Assembly (NCBI GenBank): GCA_037481775.1
Contig: JBBFKZ010000008.1
Coordinates: forward strand, 1 to 64,000
From: Candidatus Bathyarchaeia archaeon
Lineage (GTDB): Archaea; Thermoproteota; Bathyarchaeia; Bathyarchaeales; Bathycorpusculaceae
Direction of reading: 5' to 3'
DNA: 64,000 nt
A program made the position numbers and the translations under genes. Of the stretch, positions 41,401 to 48,895 are shown one piece after another (the first letter of the stretch is position 1; each line of letters opens with the position of its first letter). The notes under the pieces were generated by a model. That model was not told the DNA's origin, made no database searches, and saw only the letters and a list, made by a program, of their open reading frames with translations.

Positions 41401-42195
41401 CGATTCGGAGCTTGGCATGAACGCTGCAACAGAATGTGCAAGTGTGCTGATGACAATGTCAACAATAGGTTTTCCGTCCTTCATGAAGTAGTTTTCGATA
41501 ATCCACTTCAAACTTTTAGCTGAAACATCATTCGCTGAGAAAAACACTAAAATTGCATTCGCGCCGTGCTGTTCGATAGAGCGGATTAGACTGTTGGCGA
41601 GGTTAATGTCGCCCGTTTTTAAAGGGTCGTTATGGAAAAAAATTCCAACTGTGGGTCTTCCACGAACGTATACTTTTTCCATGTATTCAGCTAATGTGCA
41701 GATATGACCAAAGTTTGGGTGATATATTGCTTGCAATGGCATCTTTTTTGGCGGCTTAGCCTCGAAATGGCTTCCCGCGAAACGGTTTGCTAAAAAAAGC
41801 AGCAGGTTTTCATAGTTTTCTATTCCACCATAATTGATGTATTGATGGATCTTTTGATAATCATCTTGGTTAACAGTGGAGCAAGCGACGATTTCTGGGT
41901 CAGATTGGACATCCGACGCGAACAAAGGCACATGTGCATCGCGCAACGCGGCTATAACGCGATCAAAGCCTGTGAACCCTTTTTTGCCACCCATTAAATG
42001 CAGGAGTGTTACGTGAGATGTTCGCGCAAAATTGATGAATGCATCCAGCAGTTTTGGGTCTGCTAAGTCTTCTGCAGTTCGTGGAAAAACATCTATAAGC
42101 ATACCCGTCTTTTTAGCGAGGGTCTTAACTGCTAGGGTAATAATTTCTACTTCATGTGAAAGAACCACAAAAGCAAGTCTCATTTTTTGCTTCAC
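38452..42195 (-). CDS. cobN: CobN/ChlH family chelatase large subunit (paralog 2)
   Basis: MPEFDG, NYPP, HFGKHGTMEWLPGK, PSGAPTRG, LPTGRNFY, NPKWIESMKRHGY; clearly paralogous to 26851..30606. Confidence 0.9.
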   Translation of the reverse strand: MKQKMRLAFVVLSHEVEIITLAVKTLAKKTGMLIDVFPRTAEDLADPKLLDAFINFARTSHVTLLHLMGGKKGFTGFDRVIAALRDAHVPLFASDVQSDPEIVACSTVNQDDYQKIHQYINYGGIENYENLLLFLANRFAGSHFEAKPPKKMPLQAIYHPNFGHICTLAEYMEKVYVRGRPTVGIFFHNDPLKTGDINLANSLIRSIEQHGANAILVFFSANDVSAKSLKWIIENYFMKDGKPIVDIVISTLAHSVAAFMPSSESVNELFKMFGVPVLKSIVTYNTFEEWCSSLLGLSFTEVAWNVAMPEFDGMVITVPIAARKISEKDPVTGAKITSHVIIPERLDKLVRLSINWAKLRYIPNEKKKVALIFHNYPPRNDNIGSAAGLDAAASAINLLREMQKQGYSLEFLPENGQKLMEKIISGLTNDQRWLSPDELAEKAVAKIPLAQYIKWFDELPVDVKEKLVKHWGKPPGKLFNYKGDLLIPGIINGNVFIGLQPPRGYTTDPASIYHSPDLPPPHHYYAYYRWIREVFKADVIIHFGKHGTMEWLPGKSVGLSASCFPDIVISDLPNVYPYLIDDPGEGTCAKRRSYACLVDYLIPVMHNADSYDDLAKICVQLKEYYHAKTADPGKLEILKKLIWDAVVQANLNSDLEVTKEEAFADFDAFVEQLHGYLNELSDAQITDGLHVLGEPPTDSRLEEFLVALTRLDNGSVPSLRQSLAELKGYNYEELLANRGALRQDNRTNGDVLDELNQLALELINRFHAVNFKEEKIDSLLYELFGEVNAKLRHCLSYISNFLAPALNATTEELTNTTSACHGNYVPTGPSGAPTRGNADILPTGRNFYSIDPRCVPSVAAWKVGVELGDALLKRYLEEEGKYPETVAIVVWATDCMRTNGDDIAEILYLMGVKPIWEESSGRVIGLEPIPLEVLKRPRIDVTVRISGLFRDTFPNIVHLIDEAVALVAELKETSDKNYIIKHVEEEIAERIGQGVDAVKAREEACYRIFGDIPGGYGSGVNEAIDSKNWKDQKDLANIYVTWGCYVYGRKNFGLTAPDLFKKRLSKVELTVKNWDQREYDALQIDDAYSYHAGMDVAIKTITGKAPRSFYGDTSDPKRVKIRSTAEEIKYCFRARLVNPKWIESMKRHGYHGAAEFSRQMDYVLGWDATEEVIEDWMYEELAQKFVLDKSMQEWLKEVNPYALYNMTERLLEAIERGMWHASEDMKRQLQQIYLQVDGLLESTNEKK

Positions 42196-42268
42196 CGTCT
42201 ATTCAATACTTCATAAAAAAGGAAGAGGAACCATGGCGACTTGTGCCAGTATCATTTGCTGCAAAACG

Positions 42269-43408
42269 TTATGGATAGGCATATGTGCCCTCCAAGGCAA
42301 CTCCGAAGAAAGTTTGAATCATTTCCCTGTGTATAGCAGTTGGATCTACATCTGCAAAAAGATCAGGATGGAGCCATTTGGCTAAGGTCAGCAAGCCAAG
42401 GGGGTTGCGTGTTCCTGTTCGGAAGTAATGATCCATAACATAGACCTTACCATTTTGGACAGCCTTTGTAGCACTGAGAGCAGGTCTGTTCATTAGCTCC
42501 TCACGCATAGCTTGAAAATCTTTGATGTCGTGAGTTGCACTGCTAATCATGCGGACTATTATGTCGGGGTTGCGCTCCGTAACATACTCAGGACTCAAGG
42601 TTGGATAGGTAACAGTCTGGTTGGCAGCGAGATTTATTCCACCAGCATCGATTATCATCTGATGGGGTAAACTAGCGTTATTGCAACTATACCAAGCTTT
42701 AACCCATTCGTAATATACTAAGGGCTTTTGATCATCTTTCAGATCTTTGACACGATCCTTAACAAGATCAGTTATGCCGTCCATAAATTTGATCAGGGCA
42801 TCAGCCCTTTCCTCTTTACCGAGGATTTCGCCTAGATAAGTTATTATAGGCTTTACACGGTCCGTTTGGGAAGGATTATCAATGATTACAGGAACATGGA
42901 GAAGCGATTCGATTTCAGCGCGGGTATCATTGTTAATTCTAGTATCGGCAACTATCAAATCAGGTCGCATTTCCGTTAAGGTTTCCATGCTTAAACCGCT
43001 TGATCCGTAAACTACTGTCAGGTTTAAAACAGAATCTGGAAAAGTAGAATAAAGGTCACGCCCAACTATTTTATCGCCGGCGCCTATAGCATAGATTATT
43101 TCTGTAAAACCACTTTGTAAGCTTACAATACGGGTCACAGGAAGGGCAATAGTTACTTGAGTCCCCGTGACATCCACAACAGTAATTGTCTTGTTTTGTG
43201 GTGTTGGTTGAGTTTCTGTAGGAGCTGGCGTGCTTGTTGTTGAAGGAGAAGCAGTACTCGAGGGCGAGGGAGAAACAACTGGACTTGACGAAGGCGATGT
43301 TGACGGTGACGAAGGCTGTGGCGAATAGAGGAAGATGTATCCACCATAGACAGAAGCGATAACAATAACTGCAACAAGAATTGAAACTATAAGCCCTGTT
43401 CGTTTCAA
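42269..43408 (-). CDS. BtuF/FepB-like substrate-binding protein 3
   Basis: Paralog of SBP1/2: TM anchor, P/S/T linker, [30 protein letters not shown], ends YAYP. Confidence 0.88.
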   Translation of the reverse strand: MKRTGLIVSILVAVIVIASVYGGYIFLYSPQPSSPSTSPSSSPVVSPSPSSTASPSTTSTPAPTETQPTPQNKTITVVDVTGTQVTIALPVTRIVSLQSGFTEIIYAIGAGDKIVGRDLYSTFPDSVLNLTVVYGSSGLSMETLTEMRPDLIVADTRINNDTRAEIESLLHVPVIIDNPSQTDRVKPIITYLGEILGKEERADALIKFMDGITDLVKDRVKDLKDDQKPLVYYEWVKAWYSCNNASLPHQMIIDAGGINLAANQTVTYPTLSPEYVTERNPDIIVRMISSATHDIKDFQAMREELMNRPALSATKAVQNGKVYVMDHYFRTGTRNPLGLLTLAKWLHPDLFADVDPTAIHREMIQTFFGVALEGTYAYP

Positions 43409-43506
43409 GCGTGCTCACCTTCGTCGTTTATTATTTTAAATTGGTTCGTGATTGCGGGTATGATGTAGTGAGTGGGTTGTTGTTTCATGTTTACCGCCTT
43501 ATTCAT

Positions 43507-43523
43507 GGATGGATTATCCATGC
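43507..43523. promoter_or_regulatory. 17-bp palindromic operator copy C (SBP3-cobN2)
   Basis: GGATGGATTATCCATGC, 5 nt from TATAAA at 43529-43534. Confidence 0.75.
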
Positions 43524-43540
43524 ACATATATAAATTTTGT

Positions 43541-43567
43541 TTAAACTCAAGTTAAAATAAAGTTGAA
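43541..43567. promoter_or_regulatory. 27-bp upstream element copy C
   Basis: TTAAAC-tcaagttaaaataaa-GTTGAA, 6 nt from TATAAA. Confidence 0.7.
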
Positions 43568-43621
43568 CAATTCATGGAGTCAAAAAAATCCAGAGTTGTC
43601 AAAAATTACGCGAGATATCTG

Positions 43622-44506
43622 CTAATCGGAGCAGAAAATTGTGCTTAATTTTTCCATGTTAGCGAACAATGCGCAGTGACCGCAACACTCAAAAATTTCT
43701 AAACGTGCACCAGGAACCTTCGCGGAGAGCCTATAGGCATTCTCAAGCCGGCACGTCTTATCTTCGGCGCCATGCCAAACAAACAGTTTGCCCGCGGGAA
43801 CCCGTGAAACTGGTATATCCCAAGGCTTCATGAAAAGCTTATGCTCCTGAAGCACGGCTTTAACACCATAATTGCCCTGGCGGAAAGCTTCAGCCATAGA
43901 TTGACACAGCACCGCAGTCCAGGCGGGGTTAGAGAAAAATTTCAAATCATCCTTCGAGTAGCCACGCAGCAGTCGCTGGCCTTCTCTTGAAGCCAAGAAA
44001 GCCTCAACGTTATGGTTAGCTTTCAGCACTTGAGAACGCAGGTTTCTTATGGCCAATAACCCTAAAAGCGGGAGCTTCATAGCAAAACGGGCAAGAAGCG
44101 TATTATGCGCCGTCGCCACATCGAAAGGCAAAGCAGGTGCGCCGGCGACAACTGCGCGTGTTACGCGTTCGGGAAATAGCAAAAGGTAGGCAAGCGCGAA
44201 AACTCCGCCGCCAGACCAGCCGAGAACGCCAAATTGTTTAAAACCCAATTGGTCAGCGAGGAAGTTGAGGTCGCTGTTGAAGTCGCAGAGGCTTTTTACA
44301 GGTTTGAACGTGGATAAGCCGTAGCCGGGTCTGTCTACACCAATTATCTGCAGTTTCGCCTGGGAGACAAGCTCTTTCAAGAGCAGAATTTCCAGTCGGC
44401 TACTTGCTGTGCCATGGAAGTAGATGACTGGTCGTCCGTCGCCGATTGTTAGGTACCCAAGTTTTCGTCCGTCAGGTAAAGATAACGTCTGTCCAGCCAA
44501 ATGCAC
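43622..44506 (-). CDS. Alpha/beta fold hydrolase
   Basis: FHGTASSR, DRPGYGLS, GWSGGG, WHGAED, GH. Confidence 0.88.
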   Translation of the reverse strand: MHLAGQTLSLPDGRKLGYLTIGDGRPVIYFHGTASSRLEILLLKELVSQAKLQIIGVDRPGYGLSTFKPVKSLCDFNSDLNFLADQLGFKQFGVLGWSGGGVFALAYLLLFPERVTRAVVAGAPALPFDVATAHNTLLARFAMKLPLLGLLAIRNLRSQVLKANHNVEAFLASREGQRLLRGYSKDDLKFFSNPAWTAVLCQSMAEAFRQGNYGVKAVLQEHKLFMKPWDIPVSRVPAGKLFVWHGAEDKTCRLENAYRLSAKVPGARLEIFECCGHCALFANMEKLSTIFCSD

Positions 44507-44612
44507 TTACATCTCTGCTTCGCGCATGTAAATATGCAAATGCATAGGGCACAGCGCAAATATTAGCGTTTAGATGACGCCGCCGCCATGCGCGTGGTAA
44601 GCGCTTGAGAGA

Positions 44613-45452
44613 TTAAAGGGCTCGCACATCTTTAACTTCATACGTTATCTGTGCTGTTCGTTTAGTGTTTTCTATGTCTATTTTCTCGATTACATGATTA
44701 ACCATTCTGCCGACAACAAGTACGAAAACTTTGAGCCCTCTTGAAGCGGCAACTGCTGTTGCTCTGCTTATGCCGAATTCAAAGTCTGCTTTAAGCCCCA
44801 TCTTGTTTAGAACAGCTCTTCCAACAACGCCTATAACGCCGATTCGATCAGGATTGAATTCCTCATACACCTTTCTAACTTTGGCGATGTTAACGGCTCT
44901 TGAGCCGCCTTCCTTTATGCTGGGCAGTTTAATGAGGAGAACTCTGCCCGGCGATATTTTCACTTTGCCCTGTACATCTTTTAAGCCAACGTCTTCTCCG
45001 GCGTTTGCATCGTTAATAGCAATTCCGAAGGCTTCAACGTTTGGACTGGATAAAGCCACGGCGCATAAAACTCCATTTTTCATGACTAAGCCGACTTTAG
45101 CGCCGGCTTTTATTGGCTGCGTCGCCATGGCGGGGATAAAGTGTTCAACTTTTAGATCCGTCTTGATCAGATTAACATAGCTGTCTAGGTTCTTTTGGTA
45201 GTCTTGAAGTTTCTCTTTGGCTTTGGCCGTTAGCCTGTAATCTGCACGCTCCGAACCTGCTTCTAGCAAGCCCTCCTTCATTAAGGTCTTAAAGTGCTTG
45301 GAGACGGCTTGGATGGTGATGCCAAGCGCTTCGCTTATGTCCTTCTGTCTTACGTGTGGTTGATGCCGCATAATTTCTAATAAGATTTGGAAGTTGGTGA
45401 ATTCGCCTTTGTCACGTAAGAGAAGCGGATGACGTCGAGGCAACTGAATCAA
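44613..45452 (-). CDS. Winged helix-turn-helix (MarR-like) transcriptional regulator with C-terminal putative ligand-binding region
   Basis: QKDISEALGITIQAVSKHFKTLMKEGLL HTH plus YRLT wing; divergent from cbiM. Confidence 0.82.
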   Translation of the reverse strand: MIQLPRRHPLLLRDKGEFTNFQILLEIMRHQPHVRQKDISEALGITIQAVSKHFKTLMKEGLLEAGSERADYRLTAKAKEKLQDYQKNLDSYVNLIKTDLKVEHFIPAMATQPIKAGAKVGLVMKNGVLCAVALSSPNVEAFGIAINDANAGEDVGLKDVQGKVKISPGRVLLIKLPSIKEGGSRAVNIAKVRKVYEEFNPDRIGVIGVVGRAVLNKMGLKADFEFGISRATAVAASRGLKVFVLVVGRMVNHVIEKIDIENTKRTAQITYEVKDVRAL

Positions 45453-45474
45453 CCTGACTTAAACTTTAGTTTAA
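45448..45474. promoter_or_regulatory. 27-bp upstream element copy D (cbiM promoter; overlaps the regulator start codon)
   Basis: ATCAAC-ctgacttaaacttta-GTTTAA, 6 nt before TTTATA at 45481. Confidence 0.7.
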
Positions 45475-45480
45475 CAAACA

Positions 45481-45488
45481 TTTATAAA
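45481..45488. promoter_or_regulatory. Self-complementary TATA box TTTATAAA between the divergent regulator and cbiM
   Basis: Only TATA-like element in the 74-nt intergenic region; reads the same on both strands. Confidence 0.6.
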
Positions 45489-45493
45489 GTTTC

Positions 45494-45510
45494 GGATGGC
45501 TTATCCAATC
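45494..45510. promoter_or_regulatory. 17-bp palindromic operator copy D (cbiMNQO)
   Basis: GGATGGCTTATCCAATC between the TATA box and the RBS (GGTGA) of cbiM. Confidence 0.65.
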
Positions 45511-45526
45511 CGGAAAGGGTGAGAAT

Positions 45527-46216
45527 ATGCACATAATGGAAGGCTTCCTGCCCCACCCATGGTGGGAAATATGGTTTGCAATTTCAATTGTAGTCGTAAT
45601 TTTTGGTGTTTACAAGCTCAAGAAACTCACAGAAAAATTTCCCGAAGCTAAACCGCTTCTCGCGGTGATGGGCGCATTTGTTTTTGTGCTTTCAGCACTT
45701 AAGCTTCCATCTGTAACAGGCAGCTGCTCACATCCAACAGGCTCAGGATTGGCGGCTGTAGTGCTCGGGCCGGCAATCGCTTCAGTTCTTTCGGCGATAG
45801 TCCTGCTTTTCCAAGCTTTGCTGCTCGCGCATGGTGGTTTAACCACGCTTGGTGCAAACATATTCTCAATGGGAATAGTAGGACCAGTGGTAGGCTATGT
45901 CTTGTGGGTGGCCAGCAAAAAAGTGCGGCTACCAACATCAGTGGGAGTATTCATAGCAGTTGCCTTAGCTGATTTAAGCACCTACGTTACCACATCTGTA
46001 CAGCTTGCGCTTGCTTTCCCCTCAACAAGCGTCATGGACTCGTTCATAACTTTTGGGTCAATCTTCGCCATAACACAGATTCCATTAGCCATCGGTGAAG
46101 GAATATTGGCAATTTTCCTTTTCGATTTCTTAGTGAAGTACAAAGGAAGACTCCTTAACGCAATGAACGTGATCGGCCTACGTGCTGACATACAATCTTC
46201 GGAGGGTAAAGAATAG
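45527..46216 (+). CDS. cbiM: ECF cobalt transporter substrate-specific component CbiM
   Basis: MHIMEGFLP N-terminus, LKLPSVTGSCSHPTG, LLAHGGLTTLGAN, TQIPLAIGEG. Confidence 0.95.
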   Translation: MHIMEGFLPHPWWEIWFAISIVVVIFGVYKLKKLTEKFPEAKPLLAVMGAFVFVLSALKLPSVTGSCSHPTGSGLAAVVLGPAIASVLSAIVLLFQALLLAHGGLTTLGANIFSMGIVGPVVGYVLWVASKKVRLPTSVGVFIAVALADLSTYVTTSVQLALAFPSTSVMDSFITFGSIFAITQIPLAIGEGILAIFLFDFLVKYKGRLLNAMNVIGLRADIQSSEGKE

Positions 46217-46492
46217 ATGCAGACGAAGATCAAGTACGCCATTTTAATAGTGATAATGTTGGCACTCTTCATTACACCTTTGATGATGCATCCTTCCGCG
46301 GAGTTTGGCGGTGCAGACAGCGCTGCGGAAGAAGCCATAAGCGAGCAAGGTTACGAGCCTTGGTTCACGCCTATATGGGAGCCGCCAAGCGGCGAAATAG
46401 AAAGCCTATTGTTTGCAGTTCAAGCAGCAATAGGTGCCATCATAATCGGCTATTTTATCGGATATGAAAAGGGGAAAAGAACAAAAGAATAA
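46217..46492 (+). CDS. cbiN: Cobalt transport protein CbiN
   Basis: FGGADSAAEEAI, YEPWFTPIWEPPSGEIESLLFAVQAAIG. Confidence 0.95.
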   Translation: MQTKIKYAILIVIMLALFITPLMMHPSAEFGGADSAAEEAISEQGYEPWFTPIWEPPSGEIESLLFAVQAAIGAIIIGYFIGYEKGKRTKE

Positions 46493-46522
46493 GTGACACA
46501 TACACGAAGATACTGAGCTGTA

Positions 46523-47320
46523 ATGAGCCACTTTAATTTATCAGCGGAAATTGACAGATACGCGTATACAAATTCCTTATCAAAGAATAGCCCAATAACT
46601 AAACTTCTCCTCGCACTTTCATTGCTGTTCATAAGCGTCTTATCGCCGTCCCCAGTGGTGCCCATAGCCGTATTTTTAACAAGCAGCAGCATGATTTTAT
46701 TCTGCGCAAAAATCCCATGGCGCTTCTATCTTAGGCTACTGTGGTACCCAACTGTAATTGTTGCATTAACCTGCGTCATAATTGCGCTCTTTTTCGGCTA
46801 CAAAGAACCGCTTGCAGAGGTAAATCTGCTTGGGTTCAAATGGATCATTTTCAGAGATGGCGTAGCTACAGGAGTCACCACGTTCTTTAGAGTGGCAGGG
46901 GCGCTTTCAAGCCAGTTTTTCCTTGTTCTAACAACGCCAATGACAAGCATATTGATAGTTCTCAGAAAAGCCCGTATCCCCAAGATCATAGTGGAAATGT
47001 CATTACTTATCTACAGGTATATATTTGTCTTCATAGAGGTCATGGAAACCATGCACACCGCTCAAGAGCTACGCCTCGGATATTCGGGTTGGCTGAGGAA
47101 ACTTCGATCAACCGCCATGCTTATTGGAAATCTTTTCATACGAACGTTAGAGCAGGGAGAGCGCACCTTCATCGCCATGAGCGCCAGAGGATACGACGGC
47201 AACATCCGCGTTCTTGAAGACCTGCCGAGGCCAAGCTACGCCGCCTTATTGGGAATCACGCTTTTCGCTGTCGCGCTTGCAATAACTGCATATTTAACAA
47301 TGCACATCGGGATTGTGTAA
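46523..47320 (+). CDS. cbiQ: ECF cobalt transporter T component CbiQ
   Basis: IDRYAY, LTTPM, LIYRYIFV, AQELRLGY, AMSARGYDG. Confidence 0.92.
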   Translation: MSHFNLSAEIDRYAYTNSLSKNSPITKLLLALSLLFISVLSPSPVVPIAVFLTSSSMILFCAKIPWRFYLRLLWYPTVIVALTCVIIALFFGYKEPLAEVNLLGFKWIIFRDGVATGVTTFFRVAGALSSQFFLVLTTPMTSILIVLRKARIPKIIVEMSLLIYRYIFVFIEVMETMHTAQELRLGYSGWLRKLRSTAMLIGNLFIRTLEQGERTFIAMSARGYDGNIRVLEDLPRPSYAALLGITLFAVALAITAYLTMHIGIV

Positions 47321-47325
47321 TCAAA

Positions 47326-48189
47326 ATGCTGTTCAGATTAGAAAATCTGTCCCACAAGTACTCCGATGGCACACTTGCGCTGGATAACATATCATTAAGT
47401 TTTGCTAAGGGAGAAAGAATAGCCCTTCTTGGACCGAACGGTTCCGGAAAAACTACGCTACTACTGCATCTGAATGGAATCCTGAAGCCAACGGCTGGCA
47501 GAATCTACTTTGAAGATAAACCGCTGGAATACTCGCCTAAAGCTTTGCTTGAGCTTAGAAGACGCGTGGGCTTCGTATTCCAAGACCCTAATGATCAACT
47601 GTTCGCGCCGACTGTAAAGCAGGACGTGGCCTTTGGACCGCTAAATCTGGGTCAACCCGCTGGCCAAGTGAAGAAGGTTGCTGATGAAGCTCTGAAGCTT
47701 GTAGGTATGAGCGAGTACGCGGATAAACCACCACATTTCCTCAGCTTAGGGCAGAAGAAGCGGGTTGCGCTTGCTGGAGTTCTTGCCATGAAGCCTGAAG
47801 TTGTAATTATGGATGAGCCAACTTCGAATCTGGATCCACGCGGCACCAGCGAGATATTGCATTTGCTTCTGCGGCTTAACAAAGAGCTGGGACTAACGTT
47901 GATACTGGCTACGCATGACGTGGACATGGTGCCCTTGTTTGCAAGTAAACTATACATATTGAATAAGGGAAAACTCGTGTCGGAGGGCGCGCCCGCGGAA
48001 TTGTTTTCAGATGCAGAATTAATCCGAAGCGTAAACCTGCGCTCTCCACGGATAACGCATCTATTTGAAGTGCTGAAGAAGGAGGACAAGTTGCCGATAA
48101 ACCCGCGGCTTCCACTTACCATAAGCGAAGCAAGAAAAGAAATATTGAGACTTCTAGAATCTAAAAAGCAGAAGAGGACTGAAACATGA
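47326..48189 (+). CDS. cbiO: ECF cobalt transporter ATPase CbiO
   Basis: GPNGSGKTT, FQDPNDQLFAPTV, LSLGQKKRVALAG, DEPTSNLDP. Confidence 0.93.
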   Translation: MLFRLENLSHKYSDGTLALDNISLSFAKGERIALLGPNGSGKTTLLLHLNGILKPTAGRIYFEDKPLEYSPKALLELRRRVGFVFQDPNDQLFAPTVKQDVAFGPLNLGQPAGQVKKVADEALKLVGMSEYADKPPHFLSLGQKKRVALAGVLAMKPEVVIMDEPTSNLDPRGTSEILHLLLRLNKELGLTLILATHDVDMVPLFASKLYILNKGKLVSEGAPAELFSDAELIRSVNLRSPRITHLFEVLKKEDKLPINPRLPLTISEARKEILRLLESKKQKRTET

Positions 48190-48893
48190 GCGGCATCTTT
48201 GATCCAGCGCTAATTGGTGTTGTCTCCATAGGATTGCTGCATGGGTTAGAGCCGGGGCACGGTTGGCCCATAGCGCTGCTTTATTCGACACGGACTTCGA
48301 AGCCAACCTTCTACGCCCTTGTCAGCTCAAGCATAATTTCATTCTTTCACTTTATCTCCTCAATTGCCGTTGTCATAATCTACGTTGCCGCTAGCGCGCT
48401 GATAAACTTCACAAGCCCACTTCTAAAATACATTGCATTTGCCGCTTTGGTGCTGCTTGCAGCCAAATTTTTCATGGAAAAAGTTGATTCGGAACTGGAA
48501 AATCAGCACGGGCATTTACATGATAACGTGGAAGACATGGAACATGAACACGAACATGAGCATCCAGGCATTGGCTGGCACACGCACCCGCATTTCCATC
48601 CAAAACGGATGAATAATCTGAGTTTATGGAAAATAGCGAGTTGCGCGTTTTTCCTAGGCTTTGCCCATGAAGAAGAATTTGCGCTTCTGGCTTTAGCTAT
48701 GGGCGGTGTTAACCCGCTTTTTATGATGACGGCTTATGGATTGGCGGTAACCGCAGGGCTTGTGGGCGTCACCATTCTTGGAATAAAAATGTATGGAAGG
48801 GTTAGAGCAAGAATCAGCAGATATGAGAGATATTTCCCAAAGGTTAGCGGCACAGTGCTTCTTGTACTGGCGTTTTGGCTACTTTTTGGCTAG
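48186..48893 (+). CDS. His-rich nickel/cobalt transporter (NiCoT/RcnA-like)
   Basis: GLLHGLEPGHGWP (HxxxPGH motif), central HGHLHD...HEHEHEHP..WHTHPHFH loop, about 6 TM helices; ATGA-coupled to cbiO. Confidence 0.75.
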   Translation: MSGIFDPALIGVVSIGLLHGLEPGHGWPIALLYSTRTSKPTFYALVSSSIISFFHFISSIAVVIIYVAASALINFTSPLLKYIAFAALVLLAAKFFMEKVDSELENQHGHLHDNVEDMEHEHEHEHPGIGWHTHPHFHPKRMNNLSLWKIASCAFFLGFAHEEEFALLALAMGGVNPLFMMTAYGLAVTAGLVGVTILGIKMYGRVRARISRYERYFPKVSGTVLLVLAFWLLFG

Positions 48894-48895
48894 CT

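Noticed and set aside
35744-45526. Cobalamin riboswitch in leaders of btu/cbi genes
   Set aside because: Leaders are short (about 15-100 nt) and I saw no B12-box or conserved riboswitch core; an Infernal search would be decisive.
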